Of a stretch of 64,000 bases of DNA, positions 1 to 11,862 are shown piece after piece; position 1 is the first letter of the stretch, and each line of letters starts with the position of its first letter. The notes under the pieces are model-generated. The model saw only the letters and a program-made list of their open reading frames with translations, was not told the DNA's origin and did not search any database. The position numbers and the translations under genes are program-made. The DNA is from Bilabrum cf. latius (lineage: Eukaryota): NCBI GenBank assembly GCA_965178125.1, contig OZ237775.1, positions 248,001 through 312,000 of the forward strand, given 5' to 3'.

Positions 1-118
1 CAGAGCTGTAAACTGGGCAAAATCTAAAAAAATGCTTCATTGAACAGTTGTAGCGTGCAATTCGGTCGTCGTGGTGTGCGTATCTATTTGATACACTCGT
101 GCCAAGAGCACATTGAAG

Positions 119-3100
119 ATGCGCTCCTCTGTGGGTGTACTGGTTTCTCTGTCATGCCTCTTGGCTGTGTAGGCTGTGGACAGGAGCAAGTTCAAGACTT
201 GTAAAGATGCCGGATTCTGCCGCCGCCACCGTGATGTGGAAGTGGAGCCTGCTGTGAGACAGTTCTCGGAGCAATTTATCGAATTCGTCAAATTTTGGCT
301 TTAATTATAGACTGACAATGAACTCGCCAGGGCAGCAGTGCCCTTAGTCGTCATGGACAGCTTCGGTAGTGGTGTTGCGAGTAGCCGGGACACGTGGTAG
401 CGCACGCTGCGCATAATCTGAACAGCGCTGCTCGGATCGGCTTTATCGTTCGCACCCCTACCTATGTAACACTCCCCTCGAGCATTTCATCGCAGTGGCG
501 CATCGCGGACGGCGAGCTGGATGTCCGGCCGGAGCAGGCCCGCGCCACTGCTCGCCTCGTCGGCGGGCCTCCGGGAGCCCCGCCTCTGTCGCTGCTGATG
601 CGCTTCCTGGAATCGGGAGCAGTTCGTACCAAAATTGTGGAGGACGACGGCCGGGAGCCCCGCTGGGAGAATCATGACGTCGTGCTCGAGGCAGCCGCGG
701 GCTCCAAGGCCGCTGGCGTGAAGCTTGCGACCAACAGTGACCCCAGCGTGGGGGCGGCCGCGGGGACGGGCCAGCGCCTCCCCTCTGAGGGGCACTCGTA
801 CGTCACGTTCAAGGGAAGGGACGGCCAGGCAAGGCTGGTGATGGTGCGGCACAACCCCTTCCGCGTCGATGTCTTTATGGGCGGCAAGCACCACGCCAGC
901 GTCAACGGCAGGGGGCATTTCTACCTCGAGCACAGGAGAGAGCGGGATGCGGCTGCGGCAGCCGCTGCAGCCGCCGCCAATGCCGCGGCGCAGCAGGGAG
1001 GCAGCGGCCAGCCGGGCGGTCGCAAGATCCTAGACTGGGGCGAGGATGGCAAGCCCATCTACGCGGACGCCGAGGAGGGCGGGGACAACGCGGTTGCAAC
1101 CTCCTCGGGGAACAGCAACGAGGCACCCGAAAGCGGCAGCGATGCGGCCCCTCCCGCCGTGGCAGAAGAGGGCGACGCCTACTGGGAAGAGTCCTTCAAG
1201 GAACACAGAGACACCAAGCCACACGGGCCCATGAGCGTGGGCGTGGACGTGGCCTTCCCGGGGAGGACCCATCTGTACGGCATCCCGGAGCACGCTGACA
1301 GCTTCGACCTGCGGGGAACCCGAGGCGAAGGTTCGGCGGGTCCCCTTGCCTCCCAGGCCGGCCAGCAGCCCCACACGGAGCCGTACAGGCTGTACAATCT
1401 GGACGTGTTCGAGTACGAGCTCGACAACCCAATGGCACTGTACGGGTCCATTCCGTTCATGGTGGCGCACGGGCCCGGGCACTCAACGGCTATGTTCTGG
1501 CACAACCCCACGGAGACCTTCATCGATATCGAGAAGAACGGGGCCGCGGGAGCTGCGGGCACCTCTGGCCGCCCGGGGGCGGTTCGGGTGGCAGGCAGCT
1601 CCACACACTGGTTGAGCGAGTCGGGCGTGTTCGACCTGACCATCTACACGGCCGGGGAGCCAAAGGCAGTGGTGTCGCACTTCACGGAGATGGTGGGGGC
1701 GCAGGAACTCCCTGCCAAGTTTGCGCTCGGGTACCACCAGTGCCGATGGAACTACAGGGACGAGCCCGACGTCTTCCAAGTGGACGCCAAGTTCGAGGAG
1801 CACGATTTCCCCTACGACGTGCTGTGGCTCGACATCGAACACACGGACGGGAAGCGGTACTTTACCTGGGACAAGGCGATGTTCCCCAACCCGGTCGCGA
1901 TGCAGGAGAAGCTGGCGGCCCGCGGTCGCAAGATGGTGACCATCGTGGACCCCCACATCAAGATCGACACGGGCTACCCCGTGTACCAGGACGCCAAGGA
2001 AAAGCGCTTCTACGTCCGCAAGGAAGACGGCACCACCGATTTCGACGGGTGGTGCTGGCCCGGGTCCAGTGCCTACCTCGATTTCACCTCGCCCACGGTG
2101 CGCGACTACTGGTCGGACCAGTTCGCCGTGGAGCGGTATCAGGGCAGCACCAAGCACCTGTACACGTGGAACGACATGAACGAGATGTCCGTGTTCAACG
2201 GCCCCGAGGTTACGATGCAGAAGGACACGCGGGCCATCGACGGCACGGAGCACCGGGAGTGGCACAACCTATACGGGTACTACCAGCACTGGGCCACCGC
2301 GGAGGGGCACAGGAGGAGGGAGAAGGACGGCAACACGCGGCCATTTGTTCTCTCGAGGGCGTTCTTTGCGGGTACTCAGAGGCACGGGGCCATCTGGACG
2401 GGCGACAACTTGGCGGACTGGACGCACCTGCGAGCCTCCGTGCCAATGCTCCTCTCCATCGGGACCGCGGGCCTGGCATTCGCGGGCGCCGATGTGGGCG
2501 GGTTCTTCAAGAACCCCGACCCGGAGCTCATGGTCCGCTGGTACCAGGCGGGCGCCCACCAGCCGTTTTTCAGGGCACACGCGCACCTGGATACCAAGAG
2601 GAGGGAGCCGTGGCTGTTCGGTGACGAGGCCATGGGCCAGCTGAGGGCGGCAGTGCGCGAGAGGTACGCACTGTTGCCGTACTGGTACACGGTCTTTGAG
2701 GAGGCCGAGAGGCAGGGCACCCCTGTCATGCGGCCCATGTTCTTCGAGTTTCCCGAGCAGGAAGGAACGTTCGGCGAGCAGTCGCAGTGGATGGCCGGCG
2801 GGGCCCTGCTCGTGCGGCCCGTCATGGAACAGGGGGCCAGCCAGGTTACCGTTCAGTTCCCGGGGAACACGCGCTGGTATGGCTTCCGCGACGGCGCCCG
2901 CGGCCTCGTGTACTCCGGGGCCCAGCCCGGCAGCAAGGCCGTGGACGCGCCGATCGACGTGATCCCGGTCTTCCAGCGGGGAGGGAGCATTGTTCCCCGG
3001 CAGGAGAGGCCCCGGCGCTGCAGTGCGATGATGTCTAGAGATCCGTTCACTCTGGTGGCCGCGCTTGACGAGGAGGGCCAGGCCAGCGGAGAGCTGTACG

Positions 3101-3420
3101 TGGATGACGGCATCTCGTACGACCACTCGAGGAAGGGCGCTTTCCAGAGGAGGCGCTTCGAGGTGAGGAACAGCGGGAGCGGGAGCGGGTCCTGGAGCGT
3201 GCACTCGTCACTCGCTGCGGGTGACAAGGCCTGGGCAGGGGAGGGGAACACCGTGGAGCGGATCGTGGTGGCGGGCGTGCTGTCCAAGCCCAGCGGGGCC
3301 TCGGTGCGAGGCTCGGGGGCGGCTGTGGACCTCGAGTATGATGCGGGGCAGCAGGTTGTGACGCTGCGGCGCGTGGGCGTGCCTGCCCTGCAGGATTGGG
3401 TGATCGACGTGCAGGCGTGA
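119..3420 (+). CDS. GANAB: Glucosidase II alpha subunit (neutral alpha-glucosidase AB, GH31), ~1019 aa, 2 exons
   Basis: Exon 1 (119-253) reads MRSSVGVLVSLSCLLAV[TAG 170]AVDRSKFKTCKDAGFCRRHR: a signal peptide followed by the conserved glucosidase II N-terminus. Intron 254-495 (GTGAGA...TCGCAG). Exon 2 (496-3420) has PYRLYNLDVFEY, GYHQCRWNY, WLDIEHT, catalytic WNDMNE, WTGDN and PFFRAHAH. Ends TGA. Confidence 0.93.
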
Positions 3421-3546
3421 TTGGGGGGGGGGGGTGCGGGGCCTGGTTTGCTGGCAGTGTGTGCGTGACGGGCGTGCGCGCTGCAAGACGAAGAGCATTG
3501 GCGCATAAGATACAAGCATTCCTAGCAAGTATTAATTTGATATGTT

Positions 3547-4664
3547 TCAAGACACAGTGCAGCAGCCGCTGTTGGACGATGTAGATGCAGCCGGTCCGGA
3601 GCTCGTGCTAGTCGCAGCGTCTGCTTCTCTCTCTGGTCCGTTGGAGGAACCAGAAGACACTTGGCCCTCGCCCTCGGTCCTGACTGGATCCAGCTATTTT
3701 TTGTCCTCCGCACCGGTCGGATCCAATCCCGCGCCCTCTTCTGCCACCTTGAGGCTCGCCCTGCCCGCCTTGAGGGCCTTGACCACGCCCGCAAAGTGCG
3801 CGCCGTACGCCCGTGCGTAATCCAACTCCTTCTCGGACGGCATGCGGGACCCGTCCCCGCCCGCCAGCGTGCCCGGTCCGTACGGGGATCCGCCATGCAC
3901 CTCTGTCAGGTCGAACTGGGTGCCGCCGCAGATGTATCCTGCGGGGACAAACAGCATGCCATGATGGGTCAGCTGAGAGACGGCCGACCACTGAGTCGTT
4001 TCTTGCCCTCCGTTCTGCGTGGCCGTTGACGTGATCATGCCAGCGGGCTTGCCCACGAGAGCGCCGCTCTGCCACAGGCTGCCCGTGCTGTCGAAGAAGG
4101 CCTTCATCTGAGATGCCATCATGCCAAACCTGGTAGGGAATCCGAAAATAACGCCGTCTGCTTTAGATAGATCGTCGGGAGTGGCGATTGGGATGTCCTC
4201 GGGCTTCGCCGGCGCGTGCATCTTCTCGAGCACGTCCTTTGGAAGCGTCTCTGCCACTTGGCGCAGGGTGACCTTCACGCCGGCCTTCTCGGCGCCCTCC
4301 TGAACGGCCTTGGCAAGTGTTAGTACGTGTGTGTACATGGCTGCGCTAGTTTGTTGCAGAACAGCATTACATACGGTGTGTGACTGACGGGTATCTTTGG
4401 TCGCTTAGTTGGGTCGCATGGTCAGTAAAGGAGCAATATTGGAACAAGGACGGCAGACAAGTGGAAATTAACTTCAAGCAGTTGATATCTGAACATAAGT
4501 TCCCCTCTCCCGTGCATGTACCGGCATGGCAAGTCCAATGTTCGCAGCAAGCAAAGGAGTTGAATGAATTCCACGGCTAGTTCAGTATCACGTGTTATAC
4601 CATTTGGCTCACAATAGAACAAAATGTCAATGGTAACATCTGAAGCAGTTGCAACTGCTGCCAT
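3547..4664 (-). CDS. Flavodoxin-like NAD(P)H:quinone oxidoreductase (WrbA/Pst2/Ycp4 family), copy A with C-terminal CCTVS lipidation motif, ~281 aa
   Basis: Exon 1 4664-4613 (MAAVATASDVTIDILFY), intron 4612-4341 (GTGAGC...GCGCAG), exon 2 4340-3547. Motifs YSMYTH, GFPTRFG, GGQETT and GGSPYG. An in-frame TAG at 3694-3696 is followed by 48 more codons ending SGCCTVS-TGA. Confidence 0.9.
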
Positions 4665-4995
4665 TCTTCTAAATCCTATCCTTTTGTAAAACGGGCAGCC
4701 ATCAGTACACGTCACCTCGCTAGGTTCCGCTACTGTCGCTTCCGGAAGCATTGCGCGGCGAATTCCAAATATTGTCTCATCGATACTATATCGTCGATCC
4801 CGGTGTTTTCCGACCCAAAATCAAGCTGCTTAGCAGGTCAACAAAAAAAAACTACGGTGAGGAAAGTCCGGGAAATACTGTTTTGTATCCTAATTAAACA
4901 CTGCCTGCTGGCGGCAAGTACGATTGGTTGTCAAGATTGCAAATGACGACGACCAAATTAACATGATTCTCTCTCGTTTCACAGAAGAACACACG

Positions 4996-7900
4996 ATGCC
5001 GTGCAGCATCTGCAGACAGTCCGGCCACAACAGACGCACATGCCCTATGGCAGGCGGTGGGGATGGATTCAGCGGTGGAGGGAGCTCATATGGAGGTGGA
5101 TCCTTCGGAGGCGGCTTCGGCGGCGGCTATGGAGGTGGCGAATCCATGCCCCGGCCCAGGCAAACCTGCAGCTACTGCCGCAACCCTGGCCACAATATCC
5201 GCACATGCCCCTCAAAGCAAGCAGACGAGATGCGTGCCCATCGGGCCGAGGAAATGCGCCAGCAAAGGCAGAGAGAGGAGCGTGAGCGAGCGTTCCGGAG
5301 GCAACAAGAGGCTGATGAAGCCCGACGCAGGCAGCAGGAATATGAAGCTGAGACCCGCCGCCGGCAGCAGGCGTGCGGCTACTGCCGCAGGCCCGGGCAC
5401 AACATCCGCACATGCCCCGTAAAGGCCGAAGCTGAGGCGCGAGAGCAAGCTGAGACGCGCCGCCGGCAGCAGGCGTGCAGCTACTGCCGCAGGCCCGGGC
5501 ACAATATCACTACATGCCCGGAGAAGGCCGAAGCTGAGGCGCGAGAGCAAGCTGAGACGCGCCGCCGGCAGCAGGCGTGCAGCTACTGCCGCAGGCCCGG
5601 GCACAATATCACTACATGCCCGGAGAAGGCCGAAGCTGAGGCGCGAGAGCAAGCTGTGACGCGCCGCCGGCAGCAGGCGTGCAGCTACTGCCGCAGGCCC
5701 GGGCACAATATCACTACATGCCCGGAGAAGGCCGAAGCTGAGGCGCGAGAGCAAGCTGTGACGCGCCGCCGGCAGCAGGCGTGCGGCTACTGCCGCGAGC
5801 CCGGGCACAACATCCGCACGTGCCCCGTAAAGGCCGAAGCTGAAGCGCAAGAGGAAGCTGTGACCCGCCGCCGGCAGCAGGCGTGCGGCTACTGCCGGGA
5901 GCCTGGGCACAACATCCGCACGTGCCCCGTAAAGGCCGAAGCTGAAGCGCAAGAGGAAGCTGTGACCCGCCGCCGGCAGCAGGCGTGCGGCTACTGCCGG
6001 GAGCCCGGGCACAACATCCGCACGTGCCCAGTAAAGAGGAGGGAGCAACAACAATTTAATCACGATGCCGTGGATCGAGCGCGTAGGCTGGCAGCGAGGC
6101 AGAGGGAAGCTGTCCAGCAGTAGCCCCCTGCGATTGGGGCTGACACGACAGTGATGCTCCCGCCCACAGACACCTCGCAGGGTGCTGATGAGATCGGTAA
6201 GGACCTGTTTCCGAGTCTGGATCTCCATGACAATGTGCGGGCAGAGCCAGCCCAAGTCATCCATCGGGTGATGGAATTCCTCCAGCAGTAGAGTGTTACG
6301 ACCAGCGGTGACCAGACTTGTTCGGATGCCAAAGATGGCGGCGATCGCATCTCGAGCGAAAAAGCACCAGTAGACTCTGCAGCAGGAGGCATGAGCACGC
6401 CGCCCAGGTCAATGGACACGGCAGGCAAGATCAAGGACACGGGCCTGACGATGGATCAGCTCTAGACGCTCAAGGCTTCCCTCGCCAATATCAAAGTCCC
6501 GAAGAAGGACATCATGGTGGACCTCACTGCCAAGCCGTTGGGAGAAGGCAGGTATGGCGCGGTCTACGCCGGGGCGTACGCTGGTCAGGCAGTGGCGGTC
6601 AAGGTGATCCAGGGCGGGGTTACCATCGGCAAGAAGCAGGAAAAGAAGCTGCTCGAAGAGGCCCAGGCTCTCAAACTCATGTCGTTCCACCCCGGCTGCC
6701 TACGTTTCCTGGGGTACGTGAATGACGATGGCATGCTCGCACTCGTCACAGAGCTGGCAGACGGCTCCCTGGGTTCCATGCTGGACGAGGAGGGCGACGA
6801 GCTGACTGTCAAGCAGAGGCTGTCGATCGCCACCGATCTGGCAGACGCACTCAAGGCCCTTCATGCGAACGGCATCGTGCACCGTGACCTGAAGCCCGCT
6901 AACGTGCTGCTCAAGATCAAGGACCAGGACAAGGGTGTTCCTGAGAGGACTATCAGACCGCTGGTGGCGGACTTTGGAATGTCCAAGCTGAAGACCAAGG
7001 TACAGACCACCACAACCACCGGACATGGTTCCGCTGACGGCGCGGCGACAGGCGGGGCGGCATATGCTGCCGATGCGACGGTCACTGGGGCTGGGGGCAC
7101 CCCTCTCTATATGGCACCGGAGATCGGCCTCACCCCCGGCATCAAGGTCAGCGCGGCTCACGATGTCTGGGCCTTCGGGCTGATGCTGAACGAGATCCTC
7201 ACCGGAGACACGCTCACGGACGATGACGCGTTCCAGGAGGAGGTGGGTGACCTGGCGGGAGAACCCATCAAGGGAATCGCGACCAAGTTCAAGGAGGGCT
7301 TGCGGCCCACTCCCACGGATAACCCCGCTCTGACCAAGGCCAATGATCTGGTGCAGAGGTGCCTGAACATCGATCCCGACAAGAGGCCAACCTTCAAGGA
7401 AATCCACGCCGAGCTGCAAGGCATGCTGCAAGAGAGCCGGGGAGGGGCTGCTTCTCCCGCGGACACCGTCGCAACTGCGAGCCCTGTATCGGCACGAGGT
7501 ACAGGTACCGGCATCAAAGCTGAGGCACTGAGTATGGGTAGGCAGACCTCAGGAGGAACCGAGGGCGGGAGCAAGGGAGCTTCGTCCCGCATCACTGAGA
7601 AGACGGGGGGGCAGCACAGGGGCACAAGAGGCACCAGCGGTAAACGCGTGGCGAGGAGGCTGCAATTTGATGACAAGGGGGAGAAATACGAGCAGCACGG
7701 TGGTTCCGCCGGGGCGAGTGGGCAGTCGCAATCGTCTCTTGCTGCGATTATGCGGCCGTTCTTCAGCACGACAGCGATTAAGGCCGCTGCCACCCTCCTC
7801 GTGGTGGTGCTCCTGCACCTGATTGCAGCGCTGATGATTGATGTGTTGCTAGGAGGCATCGGCAACATGAGCCATGCGGTCGCAGGGTCATCTAATATTA

Positions 7901-8019
7901 CCGCGGTGCGTGCTACAGGCCTTTTGTCAATTGGTTGGGATACTGCGTGGAGCGGGGTGCTCGCTGCTCCGGCCGTGCTCGGGCTCGCCTACCTGGGCCA
8001 TGCAGCTGGCAGACGGTGA
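4996..8019 (+). CDS. Multi-CCHC zinc-knuckle / Ser-Thr (TKL-like) protein kinase fusion with C-terminal hydrophobic segments, ~1007 aa
   Basis: Nine CX2CX4HX4C knuckles, then a linker with in-frame TAGs at 6121, 6289 and 6463 in the same frame as the kinase ORF at 6514. Kinase motifs GEGRYG, VAVK, HRDLKPAN, DFG and YMAPE. Hydrophobic tail AATLLVVVLLHLIAALMIDVLLG. Ends TGA. Confidence 0.82.
5347..6036 (+). repeat. Coding tandem repeat, 102-nt (34-aa) unit, ~7 copies, one zinc knuckle per unit
   Basis: Unit AETRRRQQACxYCRxPGHNIxTCPxKAEAEAREQ; unit starts at 5347, 5449 and onward with a 102-nt period. Confidence 0.95.
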
Positions 8020-8350
8020 TTCGATATGCATGCATGATTTTTGCGCGTCCAAAATAGGTAAGAAAGACCGCAATTGTCTCCGATCATGCCGCGTCTAGTT
8101 CGTTGGATTAATTGTCTCAAGAGAGTTTCAATTGTTGCACGATTGTCGCTCCGAAGAATCATTGCTGAAATCAGCAGACTCGCATATCAAAATTAGGGCG
8201 CAGAAGTAAGTCTTGGTATTTCCTGGAGCGAACAAACTGGTATCTTAACATTGATATCATCTAGCGATATGCAGTCCTCGAAACTAATGTTTGACCTGGC
8301 GAACAGGTCTGCCACGTTGAATTCTTGTCTCTTTTGCCGCAGGTCTATCA

Positions 8351-10570
8351 ATGCCGTGCAGCATCTGCAGACAGTCCGGCCACAATATACGCACATGCCC
8401 TATGGCAGGCGGTGGGGGCGGATTCAGCGGTGGAGGGAGCTCATATGGACGCGGATCCTTCGGAGGCGGCTTCGGCGGCGGCTATGGAGGTGGCGAATCC
8501 ATGCCCCGGCCCAGGCAAACCTGCAGCTACTGCCGCAACCCTGGCCACAATATCCGCACATGCCCCTCAAAGCAAGCAGACGAGATGCGTGCCCATCGGG
8601 CCGAGGAAATGCGCCAGCAAAGGCAGAGAGAGGAGGAGCAGCGAGCGTTCCGGAGGCAACAAGAGGCTGCTGAAGCCCGCCGCAGGCAGCAGGCATATGA
8701 AGCTGAGACCCGCCGCCGGCAGCAGGCGTGCGGCTACTGCCGCAGGCCCGGGCACAACATCCGCACGTGTCCCGAGAAGAAAGCTGACGACTTGCGAGAA
8801 GCTGCCGCGGCTGCTCGTGAAAGGGTCGCCCCTCGGCCGGAGCCCAAACCCAAGCAGGCGTGCGGGTACTGCCGCGAGCCAGGGCACAACGTCCGCACGT
8901 GCCGCAAGAAGATGGCAGCCGAGCTGAAACGGGTCCATCCAGCGGCTGGTCCCGATCCGGTTGCTCCGACACATCGGCCCCGTCACGAAGAGGATGCACC
9001 ACCGAAGAAGAAGCGCACCATCCACTGCGGCTTCTGCGGCGGGGAAGGACACAACATCCGGACATGCAGGCACAGGAAGGCACAGGAGGAGGCAGTCCGC
9101 AAGGCCAGGGAACAGGCTTTGCACGAAGCCAGTGAACAACGGGTGGCCCTCGAAAGGGAGCGTGACGCTCGCAGGCATGTCCACGATGACCGCCCGACCG
9201 CCTCCGAGGAAGCCAACTAGATGGGGCGAGACCTGTTCGACAACAACTTCAGGGCCGAAGGCGACCACGACATGGCTGCTTCAGGTGGATTCGACGACGA
9301 GGACTCGGATTCGGATCAAGATGCAGGCCCGAGCCTCCATGAGATGATGCGCATGATCGAAGAGCTGCGCAGCCGCGTGACAGCTGCATCTGACCCGGCC
9401 ACGCCTGCCAAGATCACTCCCGAGAGGCGCGCCGGGGCAGAAGCCGCAGGGGACGGGCTTGACGTATCTAGTTATTCTCCTGATGGTCGAGCACCGGCAG
9501 CATCTGCAGCAGGGGGCATCTGCACGCCGCCCAGAGCAAAAGCTGGCAAGATCAAGGGCACAGGCCTTACCATGGAACAGCTCAAGAAGCTCAAGGCTTC
9601 CCTCGAAAACGTCAAGATTCCCAAGAAGGACATCGTGGTGGACCTCACTGCCAAGCCCCTGGGTGTGGGTGCTTTCGGGAAAGTGTACGCCGGGGCGTAC
9701 GCTGGTCAGGCAGTGGCGGTCAAGGTGATCGAGGGCGGTGTCACCATCAGCAAGAAGCAGGAAAAGAAGCTGCTGGAGGAAGCCAAGACCCAAATGATCA
9801 TGTCGTTCCACCCCGGCTGCCTACGCTTCCTGGGGTACGTGAATGACGATGGCATGCTCGCACTCGTCACAGAGCTGGCAGACGGCTCCCTGGGTTCCAT
9901 GCTGGACGAGGAGGGCGACGAGCTGACTGTCAAGCAGAGGCTGTCGATCGCCACCGATCTAGCTGGGGCTCTACATGCACTGCACTCCAAGGGCATCGTG
10001 CACCGTGACCTGAAGCCCGCCAACGTGCTGCTCAAGATCAAGGACCAGGACAAGGGTGTTCCTGAGAGGACTATCAGACCGCTGGTGGCGGACTTCGGGA
10101 TGTCCAAGCTGAAGACAAAGGTACAGACCACCACTACAGCCGGTGCCGGTACCGGGAGCGGTGCTGCCACTGGCGGTGCGGCCGGCGGACCACTTGGTGT
10201 GACCATCACTGGGGCTGGGGGCACCCCTCTCTACATGGCACCGGAGATCGGCCTCACCCCCGGCATCAAGGCCAGCGCAGCTCACGATGTGTGGGCCTTC
10301 GGGCTGATGCTGAACGAGATCCTCACCGGAGACACGCTCATGGACGATGATGCCGTTGTGGAGGTGCTGAATGGGATGGCCGGAGATCCCATCAAGGGAA
10401 TCGCGACCAAGTTCAAGGAGGGCTTGCGGCCCACTCCCACAGATAATCCCGCTCTGAACAAGGCTAACGACCTAGTGCAGAGGTGCCTGACCATCGATCC
10501 CGACAAGAGGCCACCCTTCAAGGAGATCCATGGGCGGCTCCGTGAGATGCTGCGGGGCGTCGAGGCCTGA
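8351..10570 (+). CDS. CCHC zinc-knuckle / protein kinase fusion, tandem paralogue of 4996-8019, ~739 aa
   Basis: Five CCHC knuckles; a single in-frame TAG at 9218-9220 joins ORFs 8351-9220 and 9221-10570. Kinase motifs GVGAFG, HRDLKPAN, DFG and YMAPE. The 5' end and kinase domain are nearly identical to the upstream paralogue. Ends TGA. Confidence 0.82.
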
Positions 10571-10761
10571 TCGTGCCGCAAGGTCGATACAGTACATTGT
10601 GCGTACTACGTGTTTGCTTGTTAGTATTTGCTTGCAGCTAAGAATCCGGATCGCCAGTCGAACGTTCTCTCGAGGTTCTATTCGAGGCTTCCGGAAGCTG
10701 TACACGATCCATCCGAGATGACGTGTCCAAAATCATTTCAAAACACCACTAACCAGCAAAT

Positions 10762-11554
10762 ATGGCAGCCGCAGCTTCGTCAAGTGATGTTAATGTGGAC
10801 ATTATTTTCTACTGTGGGTGTTGAGCAATTGGCCTAAGTTTGCATGGGGTTAAACAGAGGTATTCCTCGTTTCGGTCAATTCGACACACTAACAGCGTTT
10901 TCAGTGAACACATGACTCGCTACCCTCGCAGCCATGTACACACACGTACTAATACTTGCCAAGGCCGTTCAGGAGGGCGCCGAGAAGGCCGGCGTGAAGG
11001 TCACCCTGCGCCAAGTGGCAGAGACGCTTCCCAAGGACGTGCTTGAGAAGATGCACGCGCCGGCGAAGCCCGAGGACATCCCAATCGCCACTCCCGACGA
11101 TCTATCTAAAGCAGACGGCGTTATTTTCGGATTCCCTACCAGGTTTGGCATGATGGCATCTCAGATGAAGGCCTTCTTCGACAGCACGGGCAGCCTGTGG
11201 CAGAGCGGCGCTCTCGTGGGCAAGCCAGCTGGCATGATCACGTCAACGGCCACGCAGAACGGAGGGCAAGAAACGACTCAGCTCACTGCGGTCTCTCAGC
11301 TGACCCATCACGGCATGATCTTCGTCCCAGCAGGATACATCTGCGGCAGCACCCAGTTCGACCTGACCGAGGTGCACGGCGGATCCCCCTACGGACCGGG
11401 CACGCTGGCGGGCGGGGACGGGTCCCGCATGCCGTCCGAGAAGGAGCTGGATTATGCAAGGACGTACGGCGCGCACTTCGCTGGCGTGGTCAAGGCCCTC
11501 AAGGTGGGTAGGGAGGCCACTGCACCCAAGGAGGCCGCCGAGGAGGGCAAGTGA
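10762..11554 (+). CDS. Flavodoxin-like NAD(P)H:quinone oxidoreductase (WrbA/Pst2 family), copy B, ~224 aa
   Basis: Exon 1 10762-10813 (MAAAASSSDVNVDIIFY), intron 10814-10931 (GTGGGT...TCGCAG) at the same position as in copy A, exon 2 10932-11554. Motifs PTRFG, GGQETT and GGSPYG. Ends TGA. Confidence 0.92.
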
Positions 11555-11862
11555 GCGAGCGAGCATAGAGCACTTGCTCGGTCTGTCGGGGGGATGCAAT
11601 CTCAAGCCACCGACAGGCTTCGCCGCATTGACAGGCTATATAGAGTGATAGGTTCCGAATGGACTAGCTGAGTTTCCAAAGTTCGTAATTGCGTTAATTT
11701 TCCGATCCCAGAGTCAAGAACAGAAATCTCAAGACACACGGCCACGCGCTTGCGACCTACTACGCGAGGTAACCCTCGTCCAGACGAGCCGCCTCTCCGC
11801 TCGATTTTTTGCGAGAAGAGGCGTCGATGTTTTCGAGCGCCGGTCGAAATTTGAACGTCACA

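Noticed and set aside
5347-6036. CRISPR-like array
   Set aside because: The units are contiguous, in-frame coding repeats with no unique spacers, in a eukaryotic context.
4996-6123. Retrotransposon gag (CCHC knuckles)
   Set aside because: No protease, reverse transcriptase, integrase or LTRs are visible, and the frame continues into a protein kinase.
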